A DNA stretch of 64,000 nt, taken from positions 52,701-116,700 of IMG/VR virus record IMGVR_UViG_3300010213_000001. The stretch is one strand, 5' to 3'. Under the pieces are notes generated by a model. The model did no database searches. It was not told the DNA's origin and saw only the letters and a program-made list of their open reading frames with translations. This stretch comes from a virus (lineage: Duplodnaviria > Heunggongvirae > Uroviricota > Caudoviricetes). Below are positions 30,601 to 38,700 of this stretch, piece by piece. Position numbers and translations under genes: made by a program. Every line of letters starts with the position of its first letter. Within the stretch, counting starts at the first letter, position 1.

Positions 30601-32613
30601 AACCAGTTAAATGGTAAAAGAGAACTTAATAACAATTTATCTCCACAGTTAATAAATCTTATAACTACTACTAGATTGGAAAATATGAAGTTAGAAGGTA
30701 GATTAACTGCTAAGACTTTAAATACTGAAGCTGAGAGACTATTAAGTGTGAATAAGTTTTCTACAGAGGAAATAAATTTCATAGCAGACTCTATATTAGA
30801 TAGTGTCTCTGTTAAAAAGTATATGATGGAGATAGTTAGATCTAATGCAGAAGCAAGTGCAGAATTTAATCAAGTTTGGGAACATGTTTCTAATCAAGAG
30901 AATCTTGATGAAATGACCATATCTAATCCAGTACTATTTAATAAGTTATTTAGTGATGTAGCTGCTAGAGTATCTAAAGGTATGGCACTTAGAGTAAATG
31001 GTAAGAAAGCTGTACAGATGCCAATTACTCAAATGAAGAAGGTTTATGAGTGGAATGGTAGATTACATACTAAATTAGATATATTTAATATACTAAAAGC
31101 AGCATCTCCAAACAAGTCTAATACAACTATATATAAACAAATAGACGATTTAATTCGAACTAGGACAATTAAAGAAAGAAGTGTCAGCTATGGTAATCCT
31201 AATCAAGATACGGATAAGATTACACATACAGAAGTAGAAGCAAGTAATCCATTTTATGTTAAGTACTCATTCTTGAAAGATATATCTTTGAGAGAGATGT
31301 TTGATATTTATGATAATAATAGAATGTTGAGATCTTTAGAGTCTAAAACTTATGAAGATATAAACACTGATTCTTTAGCTTTGGAAGAGTATCTTAACGA
31401 TTTAGTAGATGGAGGAGAAGCTAGTACATTAGCTAAAATATACAAATCTCCATTATTTAAGATGTTAAAAGCAGATGTTAATGACAAGATTCAACTATTA
31501 GAGAGATCTAAGAAAATAGATGAATACCTTAGAAAACAATTAATAAATAATCCTCAAGCTGTTGAGGAGGCTAGAGAGTTATATAAATCTATCTTAGAAG
31601 ATAAGTTGTCCGAGTACAATGATAGATTACAAGAGGAAGAGAATCCTGAAAATAGAGAATCAATTAAAGGTTATATTCAAACTCTAGAACAACAAATTAA
31701 AGATGCAGATACATTAGAAGATGCTAAACTTATAAGTTATCTTAATACAAGTGTTAAATTTAACAAGTCAAAATTAATAAAATTAACACAATATATGGAA
31801 TTCTTAAATCGAGTAGAGAAAGGAAGATTTAATACTAAAGATGGAAATATATCCAAGTTAAATAATGACTTTGTTAAACTAACTAAGAGAGCAAATAAAG
31901 CACTTTATGGAATAATGTCTCGTGTACCTAATACAGGGTTGAACTCTAACTCATTCTTTAAGATTGTTACATTCAATAATGAATATGGTAACTCTGTATT
32001 TATACCTGCTGAATGGTTGAATATATCAGGATCTGACCATGATGGGGATACATTACAGCTGTGGACATTTGATCCTTATGGTAGGAATAAATACTCAGAT
32101 TTAGCTCTAGAAAAAGCAGCTGACATCATGACTAAGTATGATAATACAGCTTCTATATTCTCTAAACTAGACTTATCACTAAAACCTATTCAAGATGAAG
32201 CTACTAAGAAATATAATGAGCCTGGTATGTATTTGAAGCCTTATGATGCGCACTCTTTCTTTACTGTAGTCTCACAGAATGCTGTAGGTTCCACAGTTGT
32301 AGGTTCTTCTGCCTTACTAGGTAAGAATTATACTTATGCCAACCAAGTTATAAAGAGTATGATTTCTTATATTTCTAAGCAAGAAGATTTAAATAACGTT
32401 AATAGATTAGAAGTTTCTAAAGGAGAAGAGATAGAAGTTCAACCAGATATTTCAAATGTTAATGAAAGTTTAGAAGAAATAGACAATGAAATTATTCAAG
32501 TATTGTTTGAAAGTGTTGATACTCAAGAGGAGTTAATGGAGTTATTAGATGCTATGGAATTGTCAACAGAAGAAAAAGGAGAGATAATCCGTAAGTATTG
32601 TATGAATAACTAA
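18664..32613 (+). CDS. Giant virion RNA polymerase polyprotein (two-barrel, crAss/phi14:2 gp66-like), catalytic part
   Basis: DMVKRIG..TPG, WDG, KSLQ, SRVPNTG (31921), IPAEW..SGSDHDGDT (DxDGD at 32035-32049) and NAVGSTVVG. Zincin motif HEILH at 23611. Confidence 0.8.
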   Translation: MLKITSIICSFINRAAVKLNAESLIKSLMMSYREDVKSLMDIVSLNIKMGSIMQEALEQKDENGNKPNPDAMYLGAFMAMNSIYPLVLAAETNPAAYDALNKLMGGALDYYPEALSTELNFAKQYLQGDENGSVKDNILSQRKSSLDMYDFVQFITPELPIELATDTDANDIDNPILDNDTTIDDYNETELNKAKTTIEQFADQVSDAKTNTTIEELPELQADGDPDIDEDDLSQDQDNEDIFDDFDIDDDDNDTKPFTNEEVEELELISRLKEVFDNEEFPRLNNSNISDFFEFIKLSDIADREVLSTDVNSSEVLLFVNNGLNREYSIIINKDLKGSKYIYTYTLNSGPDNYIPMSGNLRELSNLIAKKYKFGRLGKINPSDIYDLDKDIPARNVVRDNNNQAITYANTLPVELHSISLFSQNAQVTRDYLRLKNLIFGELMSKSSTDIVLDEDTLRKVVMKAFTGMVGLNNANKLAVLNNYRFNLVIEKDTVSYPQDRVVASTIRFKDKSGSTTYYTPERLTTSIHIQDASGNYVDLSNIGVNLPNIIKLSNLRLPNSTSDFSPYAEEYYKLQSALNTRLIQGDGPIVATGLVIEANNKAEQDLLNIYQPPQYYNGVGSEVNQYRLHINESYRIGNTDVELSTQELLEIGNNLVIMKSLGYDVHLTSRELYDMLMEVEDDFIESTTSINSMNNRMLTILNNIAQDNPALLASKDKSSVFYILKSIRDNENGIASSEQLEELSKFRELLKQPLTFPQYYHSLLLKELGFSTTESIIAQPGDFSGNSAVVYKSENTAILSKSDRYNSTPSIQSKNSNASVALTSRSKITPLDLMQESLESPESKKSLLGVTQAPYFYAQTLQYIKGLEDRLNRLDTEPITIGTYVRHENETYIVIQDNMSGNRVQLYNPKIGVNSKIVVDRSSISSLNKKGTFVQYKGKNYLVTDSDVIISTLTYSQIFEKPNATSKAIIDEKYKIVENEKKQQASKSQETLDLRAAISKAKASLFDPSNPYGLGYSNIANIGNMTKEEVETLINGNKDVGIQGIRDKILNEFAFTLRQLQETANLKGVSSLQDRVYKYNLRTTFRSREIVDISNEYAKQSNLPDTITSDITINNQDGTTDNYNNVNIEYITLDVAGEYPSEYNDIYPDKNIKLIVLNNPSPNSKKDLGGSFLIPLSSFDNQDRLIKHPKNIVTVTYTVNGQSITEDFVKIRKHWNDSKLFYSWYSVDGKYKYIGTLLPREDGGFSVATLSSMKTLEFIKYGEAKYEEFKQLETLQEQLDVINENSTRLFGSYSDLKTNINGEIIAEKNLEKESNKISSSIIVNSPNMINSPSFGDVDTSEPTTANVAKKLQSGGIRNKDILAIYDSDLYTGETMEYAIEATKELTVNIVYNPIVNYKSSEKSGISGKEVPPQIRDTTQQANIYVQNDIFPMFPHMVINLSLNQSNLYNNNSVVANRIDASGVLSGELAQIAEPINIDDFQFPIEEPISVSTEDVNEQVTDVVDTVEQDETSDVEFEEQLGDIDFLLDEDDEFLISDKDISNDNTGADDIEDSMDDIFGRLETTLADYTMSEDDILTLYNQILGINAIVIDQVSYNKLPDSKKRDNFYIIKSNNKFRLSDGLTYLGFASKGLNALHTSNDLYSFTLAKHEILHTILNEYMPATRRQKILQEVRILLKADKDRSQEYLDVDNLTNRQLEEYLVLLKESTDLGNDWRKINENSIVRFIDKTIVGKFINRILGSNNAITDFLSWIVSTYKKTINFNQSELDKFIIDLSYNRFRRAEGSYDSYNQETGQKEEPNIRGRLDSEVEAKSNQAKRLNSAFGYPHELNEETKVLNGSRRFSRYKQQIASLIVEYQFVTASIDLYKQRRSLGEIIDRVQSKYISDVIKQIDESPLLRQVLEKKDNKSDVENIFIQDYLTLKKVDRNKTAVSYKELQNISNRIQKFLYSQFDSDQFTDKNNKINKAYYTLAVLANKNEILSYMYEDIEFDAWNDTVEEDDGSIEIGSSWQAKEATHLTTLDTLSKKVKNHIYNTSYFYEDSFGNKVYELVDPKTVQDILTSVFENAQQLSRKNNNDAISALNEAWRLYLQDLGTSSPDSYSYYEARALYDKVFKIDDDFIPISPNSTYKSSYKYSYAQVAFNHESITSVNPNIAESTYKYLTKWTTKFNNAINTKNINDIKSLMTELTAVNAKNNQSRLDAIAKIFKDLNLEKEYNKAMLEYNNFKQGDNIEKLKALNKSITKLTSIVSNYTTVNQSILQLHQDAYNSVVSMFASNWKVSFSKVGVTKNIVKTHTDVGSKKDSGFNLSVKTGIINTVYNSRLEIHKENIVKQIISHTPDKSKVNTGNYLSINTLQDPRSKYKISHNKSSITFEFPYNFKGEDNVIKIVLNESDLITRGEFKDITKDKLKRIYEQLTSVPYQGYKVDIIPNVVASFYQTIGFQLDRRAVRTLQRVEGIENTNPKEGVLRLIHHMLQSYAVIQAAYEEENGVFYSRKQPDTNRGEVRGTSLLSKFVSRKDDVDINATTDSSGTRQSTLTEEGEDENSSQINEDTPYMFTPSRDYDDVLTRLIEYNKRFKQAVQKDSVYFGENRYGLNVYTTPLYEHLQELTTIEKDNIFDQLTTLKARIENENRQLISSAEGLAEIDRLYKEARANLLSEYKFMSSPIYTNRLIDMYTVNGKLEKNLIAKNWSIFNYINNSSSGKGKSFLNFTIKELQRQAVNDFFLYPGQSGNKYGAYNSARHNEYKQTLEAQANRGQLPIVELDSKVFYDYEKGDESMFADDKGNISNNLVVSKYKLGADAESKLFNVYSSSNSYMYNTLKETETVLGYESNSDLGIGIDTTYLNKLMDISIDVNAKLAEVGNNPLKVFLEFKRLVNLYKANSENVEYYDEVRQITTNITGFEVMAINNIDSVIEQIKNKLSKASNPTLIDFLNKTLQEYTSVRNNPEQLSLIAGEYSKIYKEAYLNRLKESYLMANQYMINDGFGDPAKKEQNAKILNGLRQTYIRLDKFLEKPANTLDGFDNRYLDAIYKRLGDIGNNMDSAAGTSSEVKDFIRYEPLPSETLSSAISRNLSRTAQLLNDQLAVMSKANKNKLMGQLTLHRHYDKTSSIFSINGLTGFTLSEAIQRLPKDQREKSAETIKSFVAIERAISKKNLTIDDIIKVANNNDTIHDEVLSAIANDIKAGNPNIQGPDINNTKEFIQLYNNIKANLEANGITSVKSTKAMTIGQLLYEDVTKSFSEYIKEIKEEMVRFGLQAVQEEVEITGIISSKYDSGVMSYGPKRNIDSNNRYDKAFIDNFPTYFELDPNTGSYTLVEHRIKPIEYTINGKKLYNSAGKKFIYDDKNSNSGRKYNDQVPTVNPGSFLFFSNTYQGSESREERLSLFKQLPIDDQLDNINPIFLDYFLTNKVNGFYLGQYIDGDIYRYKGKTTTAKLIDMVKRIGTNTTPGTKPTFREVISLNNKQKTINNNGLSTHHNVANIPDEVYDIMNQEYKYFRDVSALTYDDDNQALKSIVENMIYHGEISATQAATLTVGSLDVLKIEDSSSKYNRGIYVREGARYGIDTSIEGNPTIILLEEGSIRGRSGELLDSFEAWDGVTFMSNLAGLLIINSYGNKEGIDMTQQGLKMINNNLDAKTQNGVSMKSLQVKFTSKFIFNSSESVKTLVKEGYRSGILNEDFIKDHTYKKGTNAIINGEEVVLNEDLSIQVPDGEWNLYGEFVPPQLNLITDKDGKFSWNIPSRKKTLYDVYWENGGWNPNQSGVFETVYFDGSTTAVDSEQHSTLKISKSDFEVYKAYIKNREDNAFMVKDKSNNTLLTLDELLGKIKNNDSNYSDLLNRNINTIQDLIKAINVADRFVYMDSVMLFNPASGTKKGTRDTNPNFKGNYSDEFTNIHTQSLENFSYIITINKKDKDGQDVALSTQFTYLLGMENNVFEAQDVYNVIASLSKEQRKDFEGKIKKIRNELLKSNSLEKIKETLNQLNGKRELNNNLSPQLINLITTTRLENMKLEGRLTAKTLNTEAERLLSVNKFSTEEINFIADSILDSVSVKKYMMEIVRSNAEASAEFNQVWEHVSNQENLDEMTISNPVLFNKLFSDVAARVSKGMALRVNGKKAVQMPITQMKKVYEWNGRLHTKLDIFNILKAASPNKSNTTIYKQIDDLIRTRTIKERSVSYGNPNQDTDKITHTEVEASNPFYVKYSFLKDISLREMFDIYDNNRMLRSLESKTYEDINTDSLALEEYLNDLVDGGEASTLAKIYKSPLFKMLKADVNDKIQLLERSKKIDEYLRKQLINNPQAVEEARELYKSILEDKLSEYNDRLQEEENPENRESIKGYIQTLEQQIKDADTLEDAKLISYLNTSVKFNKSKLIKLTQYMEFLNRVEKGRFNTKDGNISKLNNDFVKLTKRANKALYGIMSRVPNTGLNSNSFFKIVTFNNEYGNSVFIPAEWLNISGSDHDGDTLQLWTFDPYGRNKYSDLALEKAADIMTKYDNTASIFSKLDLSLKPIQDEATKKYNEPGMYLKPYDAHSFFTVVSQNAVGSTVVGSSALLGKNYTYANQVIKSMISYISKQEDLNNVNRLEVSKGEEIEVQPDISNVNESLEEIDNEIIQVLFESVDTQEELMELLDAMELSTEEKGEIIRKYCMNN

Positions 32614-32627
32614 TAATTTAAATAATT

Positions 32628-32665
32628 TACTAGTACCTATATATAATACAAAATAGGTACTAGTA
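32628..32665 (+). other. Intergenic 13-bp stem-loop between the two RNAP-related genes
   Basis: TACTAGTACCTAT-(12 nt)-ATAGGTACTAGTA with only a short T tract. Confidence 0.55.
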
Positions 32666-32701
32666 CTTTAATAAATAAAAACTTAATAAATAAATAAAGA
32701 T

Positions 32702-35700
32702 ATGGCTAAGTTAGGATTCAAATGTCCAAATAAGAATCTACAAGAATGGAAAGATTTAGTTGAAATACAAGGAGAGCAAACAGCTCATTACTTATGGAAT
32801 AAATTTGATGCAATTCCAGAACAATATTATAAGGAGATATATAATATAACTTCAACAATAACGCCTCAGCAATCTACTAGCCTGGTAGAGGCTACAGAGC
32901 TAGTAATGAAATCTATTTCAAGCAGAATTAATGTACCTTTAGCAGAGGTATATGATAAAAACAGAATTATTACTACTAGTAAGAACATAGATAGAGAATC
33001 TATAGAATATTTTATTAGTACTTTAATTGGAGGTAATGTTAGTGATTTGGAAGGAGATATTCTTTATCAAGATGGTAAAGAATATAGTATCCCAAATAAA
33101 TATACTAAAAATTTAGGGTTAACTTCAGAAGATTACTTTTTATCAAAAGTATTAGATAAAGAAAAAGACTTAACAACTGGAGCAAGAGTAATTAAAGACG
33201 GAGTAAAACTATCAATTAGAGATTCTATATTGTCTAAAATAGAGGAGAAGTATAACTCTCTAGTTAACAATTTAGAACAATCACCTTATGTAATCAAAGA
33301 AATGTCAGATTCCTACATTCAGTTTGCCGCTAGAGTAGCTGAAAATAATGGAGATTTTAGTAAAGCTCAACAAATAAGAAATTTTACTCCTCAACAAAAG
33401 AAGGATAACGCTGAGTTAATTAGAAATAATCAAATCAAAGATTTACAACCTTGGATAAATTATTTGAATAGTAGACCTGATTATCCAATAGAGTTTAAGT
33501 ACTTAATTCTATCTGACATATTAAAGTACAATGTAAATGAAGTTAATTTAAAATCTAACTATGTTAGACTTAATAAAAGAAATAACACATCAGTAAATTC
33601 TTTTGAAAGTTTCAACGCTAGAGGAATTGCTAGTGTATTTGAGAAACCTACCAGTTCAAATATGTTTCTAGTAGATTATACTTTAGAGTTAGCAAATAAA
33701 GCAGCTACAGAAGCTCCAACAGAAAAACAATTTAGTAGAACTAATAAAGGTATTTGGTATAAATTTATTAATGGAGATGCCAAAGAATTATCTAGTTTAG
33801 TTAGAGATACTCCTTGGTGTACAGGAAGTGAGAGTACTGCAGCTAGTCAACTAAGTGTAGGAGATTTTTATGTATTTGTACCTTTTAATAATGAAGAAAA
33901 TGAAAAAATAGCTATTAAGTTTGAAGGAGAGACTATAGCTGAAGTTAGAGGAACGCTTAATGGGCAAGAGTTAAAAGATAGCTCCACTCCTATAGTAGAC
34001 GATTTCGTAACTACTAACTTTCCTAATCAAACAAATGCTTTAAATAAAATAGCTTATTTAAAACTTAGAGGTAGATTTATAGAAAATGAAGAGTTGTGGA
34101 GAGATAAAGGGCTTGTAAGAGAACTGTATGAGCTATCTCAATATAATGATGCGTATGAAGATGATCCGTTTTTAGTAGAAAATGAGAATTATATTTTTGA
34201 TGTAGTAAAAGAAATTTTAGAAGAAGTAGCCTACAACTACTCTCCTGAAATAGAAAGAATTTACTCCACAAGAGTAGAAGAATATAAAATTAGAGAAAAT
34301 GAAGATAGAGTTTATTTCTATTTAGAAGATGGTACCATAGTTAAAATAGATATAACTAACAAAAATTTATATATTAATCAAAGAAATAGAAATAGAAATA
34401 ATTATATAGAATCATTTATTTATAGTGACAAAGCTAAAAGGGTAAACTTAGACATAGATAAAAATACATACCTTGGCGTGAATCTGAGAAAAGGTATAAC
34501 AAACTTAAAAGATATAGCTAATGAAGCTACTGATGTAGATATTAAATACTGGCATAATAATGCAGTTCCCAAAATTGCGAAAGAATTTATAGTAGAAGGT
34601 CAGTACTATGAAGGTTTGAAAGCTTCTTTTAGAGGAGGTAAATTAGAATCTTCTGTAGGAAAGGCAGCACATATCAAGATTTTACTTAAAGTAAATCCAG
34701 ATCTATTAAATACGTTTAAGTTAAATAATCACTATAAACATACTATAGATAATGACGTTGTTAATAATCTTAGTATAGACGCTTTATTAAAAATTATTTC
34801 CCCTAAACTTCAAGGTGATTTAGAAGAAAATATTATCTATTTAGATGCTAGTACTTTAGATGCTAGTACTTTTTTCAAGATTTGGGATGCTTTATCCATA
34901 GAAGAGAAAGATAATATTACTATACAAAATATGTCACCCAGTTTATATGAAGATATAAGTTTAGGTATAGATAATATAAATTTATATTATACTAATAATT
35001 ATATCTTAACTGAGGGACAGTGGGTTGGAAATACATACGTACAGGAATACAATACTATTCCATTAATTAAGAATGGTAAAGTAGAGTTACAAGATTCTGT
35101 CTATAAGGATATAGATGAAGAATATACTAAGATTCCTAGAACATATACCTTTAAAAACTACCAACTAGTTTCTGCTGTTTATGATGAGAATTCAGATAGA
35201 TATTCAAAATATTTTGAATATTTTAATACTAAAAATTTATCTGATTTAGAGTATTATGAAGAAAAGTATGGTAGTTTATATCAAAAAGATAAAGATCTTA
35301 TAAGGGGTGTATTTACTAGATTAGCTACGGACAAGTCTTTAATTCTTTTACATAAAGACGCCAACATTACTACTCCACTACATGAGTTAGCTCACTTATG
35401 GGAAACTGTTCTGACCTCTGATGAGAAATCTACAATATTAAATTGGACTAAGCAATCTACATGGGACAGAAATACAAGCGAGAGGTTTGCTAAAGGATTT
35501 GAGCAGTATGTATATGAAGGTGTAAAGACAGGAGATAGTAAAGTAGATAGTTTATTTGAGAAGTTTAAAACTTGGTTCACATCTATAATAGATAACTTTA
35601 ATAAGTATTTCAAAGGTAGTGATCTTAACAAAGATATTAAAGCTATATATAATAAGATGCTTATATCTGGGAACAAGCTAAATGAAAACTTTAGTTCTTT

Positions 35701-38700
35701 ACAAGAAGAACAATTGATATCTATTTATAATGAACTTAATATATTTGATAAAGAAGGAATTACAAATCAAGTAGAACCAACTAAAAAAGTAGATGTATTA
35801 GCTAAACTAAAAGCTTTGACTGATAAGAAGAAGGCTCTTAAGGAAACACTCTATCCAGAACAAGACAAACAGGATGGTGCTCCTAAACAAATTAAGAATT
35901 TATCAACACTTGTTAATCATAGTGGAGGAGCTGTAGGATCCGACACAGAGTGGGATACTATTGGCAGTGATTTTGGTATGGTTACTAACAGACATTATTA
36001 TTTTGAAGAGAGGACTCCTCGAGGTAATGTAGAGATATCAGAAATTGATTCTGAAGAAGGTAAGATAGAAGCTGCAAAAGCAGCTAAGAGAAACTTTGGT
36101 TATAAGTTTAAAACTATGAAAGATAGTAGACTTATTAGGAATTGGAGTCAAGTAAAATATTCTGATGCTGTTTTTGCTATTGGTAAAATAGTAGATAAAG
36201 GAGAGAAGTTATTCCCCAACCAATCTAACGATACAAGAACAGCATTGGTTCCTTCAGTAACAGGTGGAACAGGTTATGCTGTAGGAATGGCTATTAATCA
36301 AAACAAACCTGTATATGTATTTAATCAAGAAAAAAGTGAATCTTCAAACAAATTTATTTCTGCAAAAGGAAAGATGACATTTTCTTATGGAAATAATAAA
36401 AGAGATGATGTAAAGTCTGATACTACTTTTGAAGCCATTCAAAACGGAGAAAGAACTGCTACTACAAGATATGAGTCTGATGGTCATATAAATTATTGGA
36501 AAAATCTTAAAATAGGGGATATTGTAGAATGGGAAGGAGCTAATGGTGAAAAACAATTAGTCGAAATAACCAAACCTTTACATAAATTAACAGGAAGCGG
36601 TAAAACCGCAGAAGAATGGAGCAAGCTGGAAGGTTGGTCAGTTGATTATTTTAACAGTAAAGTCAAACCAAAATTAAACGATGCTTGGCAAATAGAGTAT
36701 AAATCTGTTAGTGATAAAAAAGGTTATGATGTTGGTTGGTACAGATGGGACTATGCTTCTAAAGATTTCACAAGAACAGAAACTCCAATATTAACTAAAA
36801 ATTTTGCAGGAATTGGAACTAGAAATATCAATAATGCAGGGAAGCAAGCAATTAGAGATGTTTATAGTAAAACTACAGAGTCTATTAATGGAAATGCAGC
36901 ATCTAGCGTTAGCTTACAGTTAAATAAGTTGGATTTATCAAATGCTTCAACAGATTTGCTTGAATTAAATTATAGAATTAAGCAATTAGCCAGAAAGTAT
37001 GACTATAATTATAATGATAGAACAATACAAAAAATATGGAATCATATTAAAACTAACTACTACAAGAGATTTGCTATAAACCCAGAGTTGGGTATAGTAA
37101 CAGATAGCAATTTGTCAAAGCAGGATATATTAAATAGTAAAGAATTACTAGTAGCTGCAGTAGCTAAGTTATTAGAAAGTAATTTAGATCAGAGTACTAA
37201 GCAAGTATATATAAATCAAATTAGACAACAGATTATACAGGCAACTTCTAATTATGATCCCAACTTTGAATTATCTGCCACTCAGGAAAACATAATATAT
37301 GTCCTAGATTCTATAGGAGTAGTTAATTATAATTATAATATAGAGAACACTACTACAATTCCTGATATACCAGATATATTACAAGCCGAAATAAATGAAT
37401 GGTATAATAGAGAATTATCAAATGAGGAGATATTTAAGTATAGAGAAGCGCTAGAACCTAAGATAGGCATACCATATCTTATAGAAAATACACAGTCTAA
37501 TTACGCATATGAAATAGAGCAAGCTAAGTTTGTAGCGGGAGACGATGATAGTAGAGGCAATAAAGTTAATAAATGGATTGAATCTTTAATTCAATCAGCA
37601 GTAGATAATGCTAAATATTTAGCTTTGGGAGCTCTTCAATTAAGTTTGAGTAACGCTGATATACAGTCAGCTATTACATTCTTAGGTATTAGTAAAGAAG
37701 CTATTATACGATTACTGACAAGTAAGCAATTTTCAGAGTTTTTTAAGGAGCATGCTTTATACGATGATATTATGGAACTGAAGGGTACATCTTGGGAAAC
37801 ATCATTATATAGATATGCTAGAAAATATAATCTAGGTATTGATAGAGAGAATACTTTGGGAGATTCCATAAATTATATAAATGCTGCAAATACCAATGGA
37901 GTAGTAAATAAAAATTTAGTTAATAGAGAGTATGTGTATCATATGATGAATATTCTAATATCATATTCTAAAGAGTATAGTAGTTTGAATGATTCATTAA
38001 AAGCAACCTACCCAATTAAAGGTAGACCTACTCAACAAGAGACCCAAATAAGAACTATATTGGAAGGACTGGGATTAAAAGATATGGGGCTAGAAGCTCT
38101 AGAAGATGTATTAGATGGTTTAGAGAAGCACATAAATCAAGGAAACTCAGTATATAGTTCAAGATATTTCAAAAAAGCTATGGCTTCTAGTGGAAATGGG
38201 TTATTACCTAAAGGTATAGTAGCTTTATCATTTCCTCACGTTAGAGAAATGTTAAGGTCACACCTCCAATTTCATAGCATTAAACAAATGAACCATCTAT
38301 TGCATAGTCCAGTTATAAAAGAGTTTATTGGAGAATTACAAAGCCAATTAGATACTGTTCAAGTAAATAGAACAAATAGTGGTAATAAAGTTTGGAACGC
38401 TATGTATAATGCAATAAGTAATATATTTTTAAGAGAGTCTTATACTAAAGAGTCTGATGTATTTGCTGATATCCTAGACAAGGAAGATGGTATGTTTAGA
38501 CAAATTGAATTGGATTCTTTGGCAACTCCTGACAGTATAACAAACAATCAAGAACACTTTCAATTGTTTAAACCTAAGGAAACTGAAGAGTTTCTTAGTC
38601 ACGCTGCCAGTGTTGTAAGAGAAATAAAGAAGAAGTACCCTAATAACCCAAGATATAGATTTATATATTCACTTGATTTAGAAGGGGATACTATTAAGCT

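Noticed and set aside
34841-34870. Exact 15-bp tandem duplication (LDAST x2)
   Set aside because: An isolated in-frame slippage duplication, not an array.
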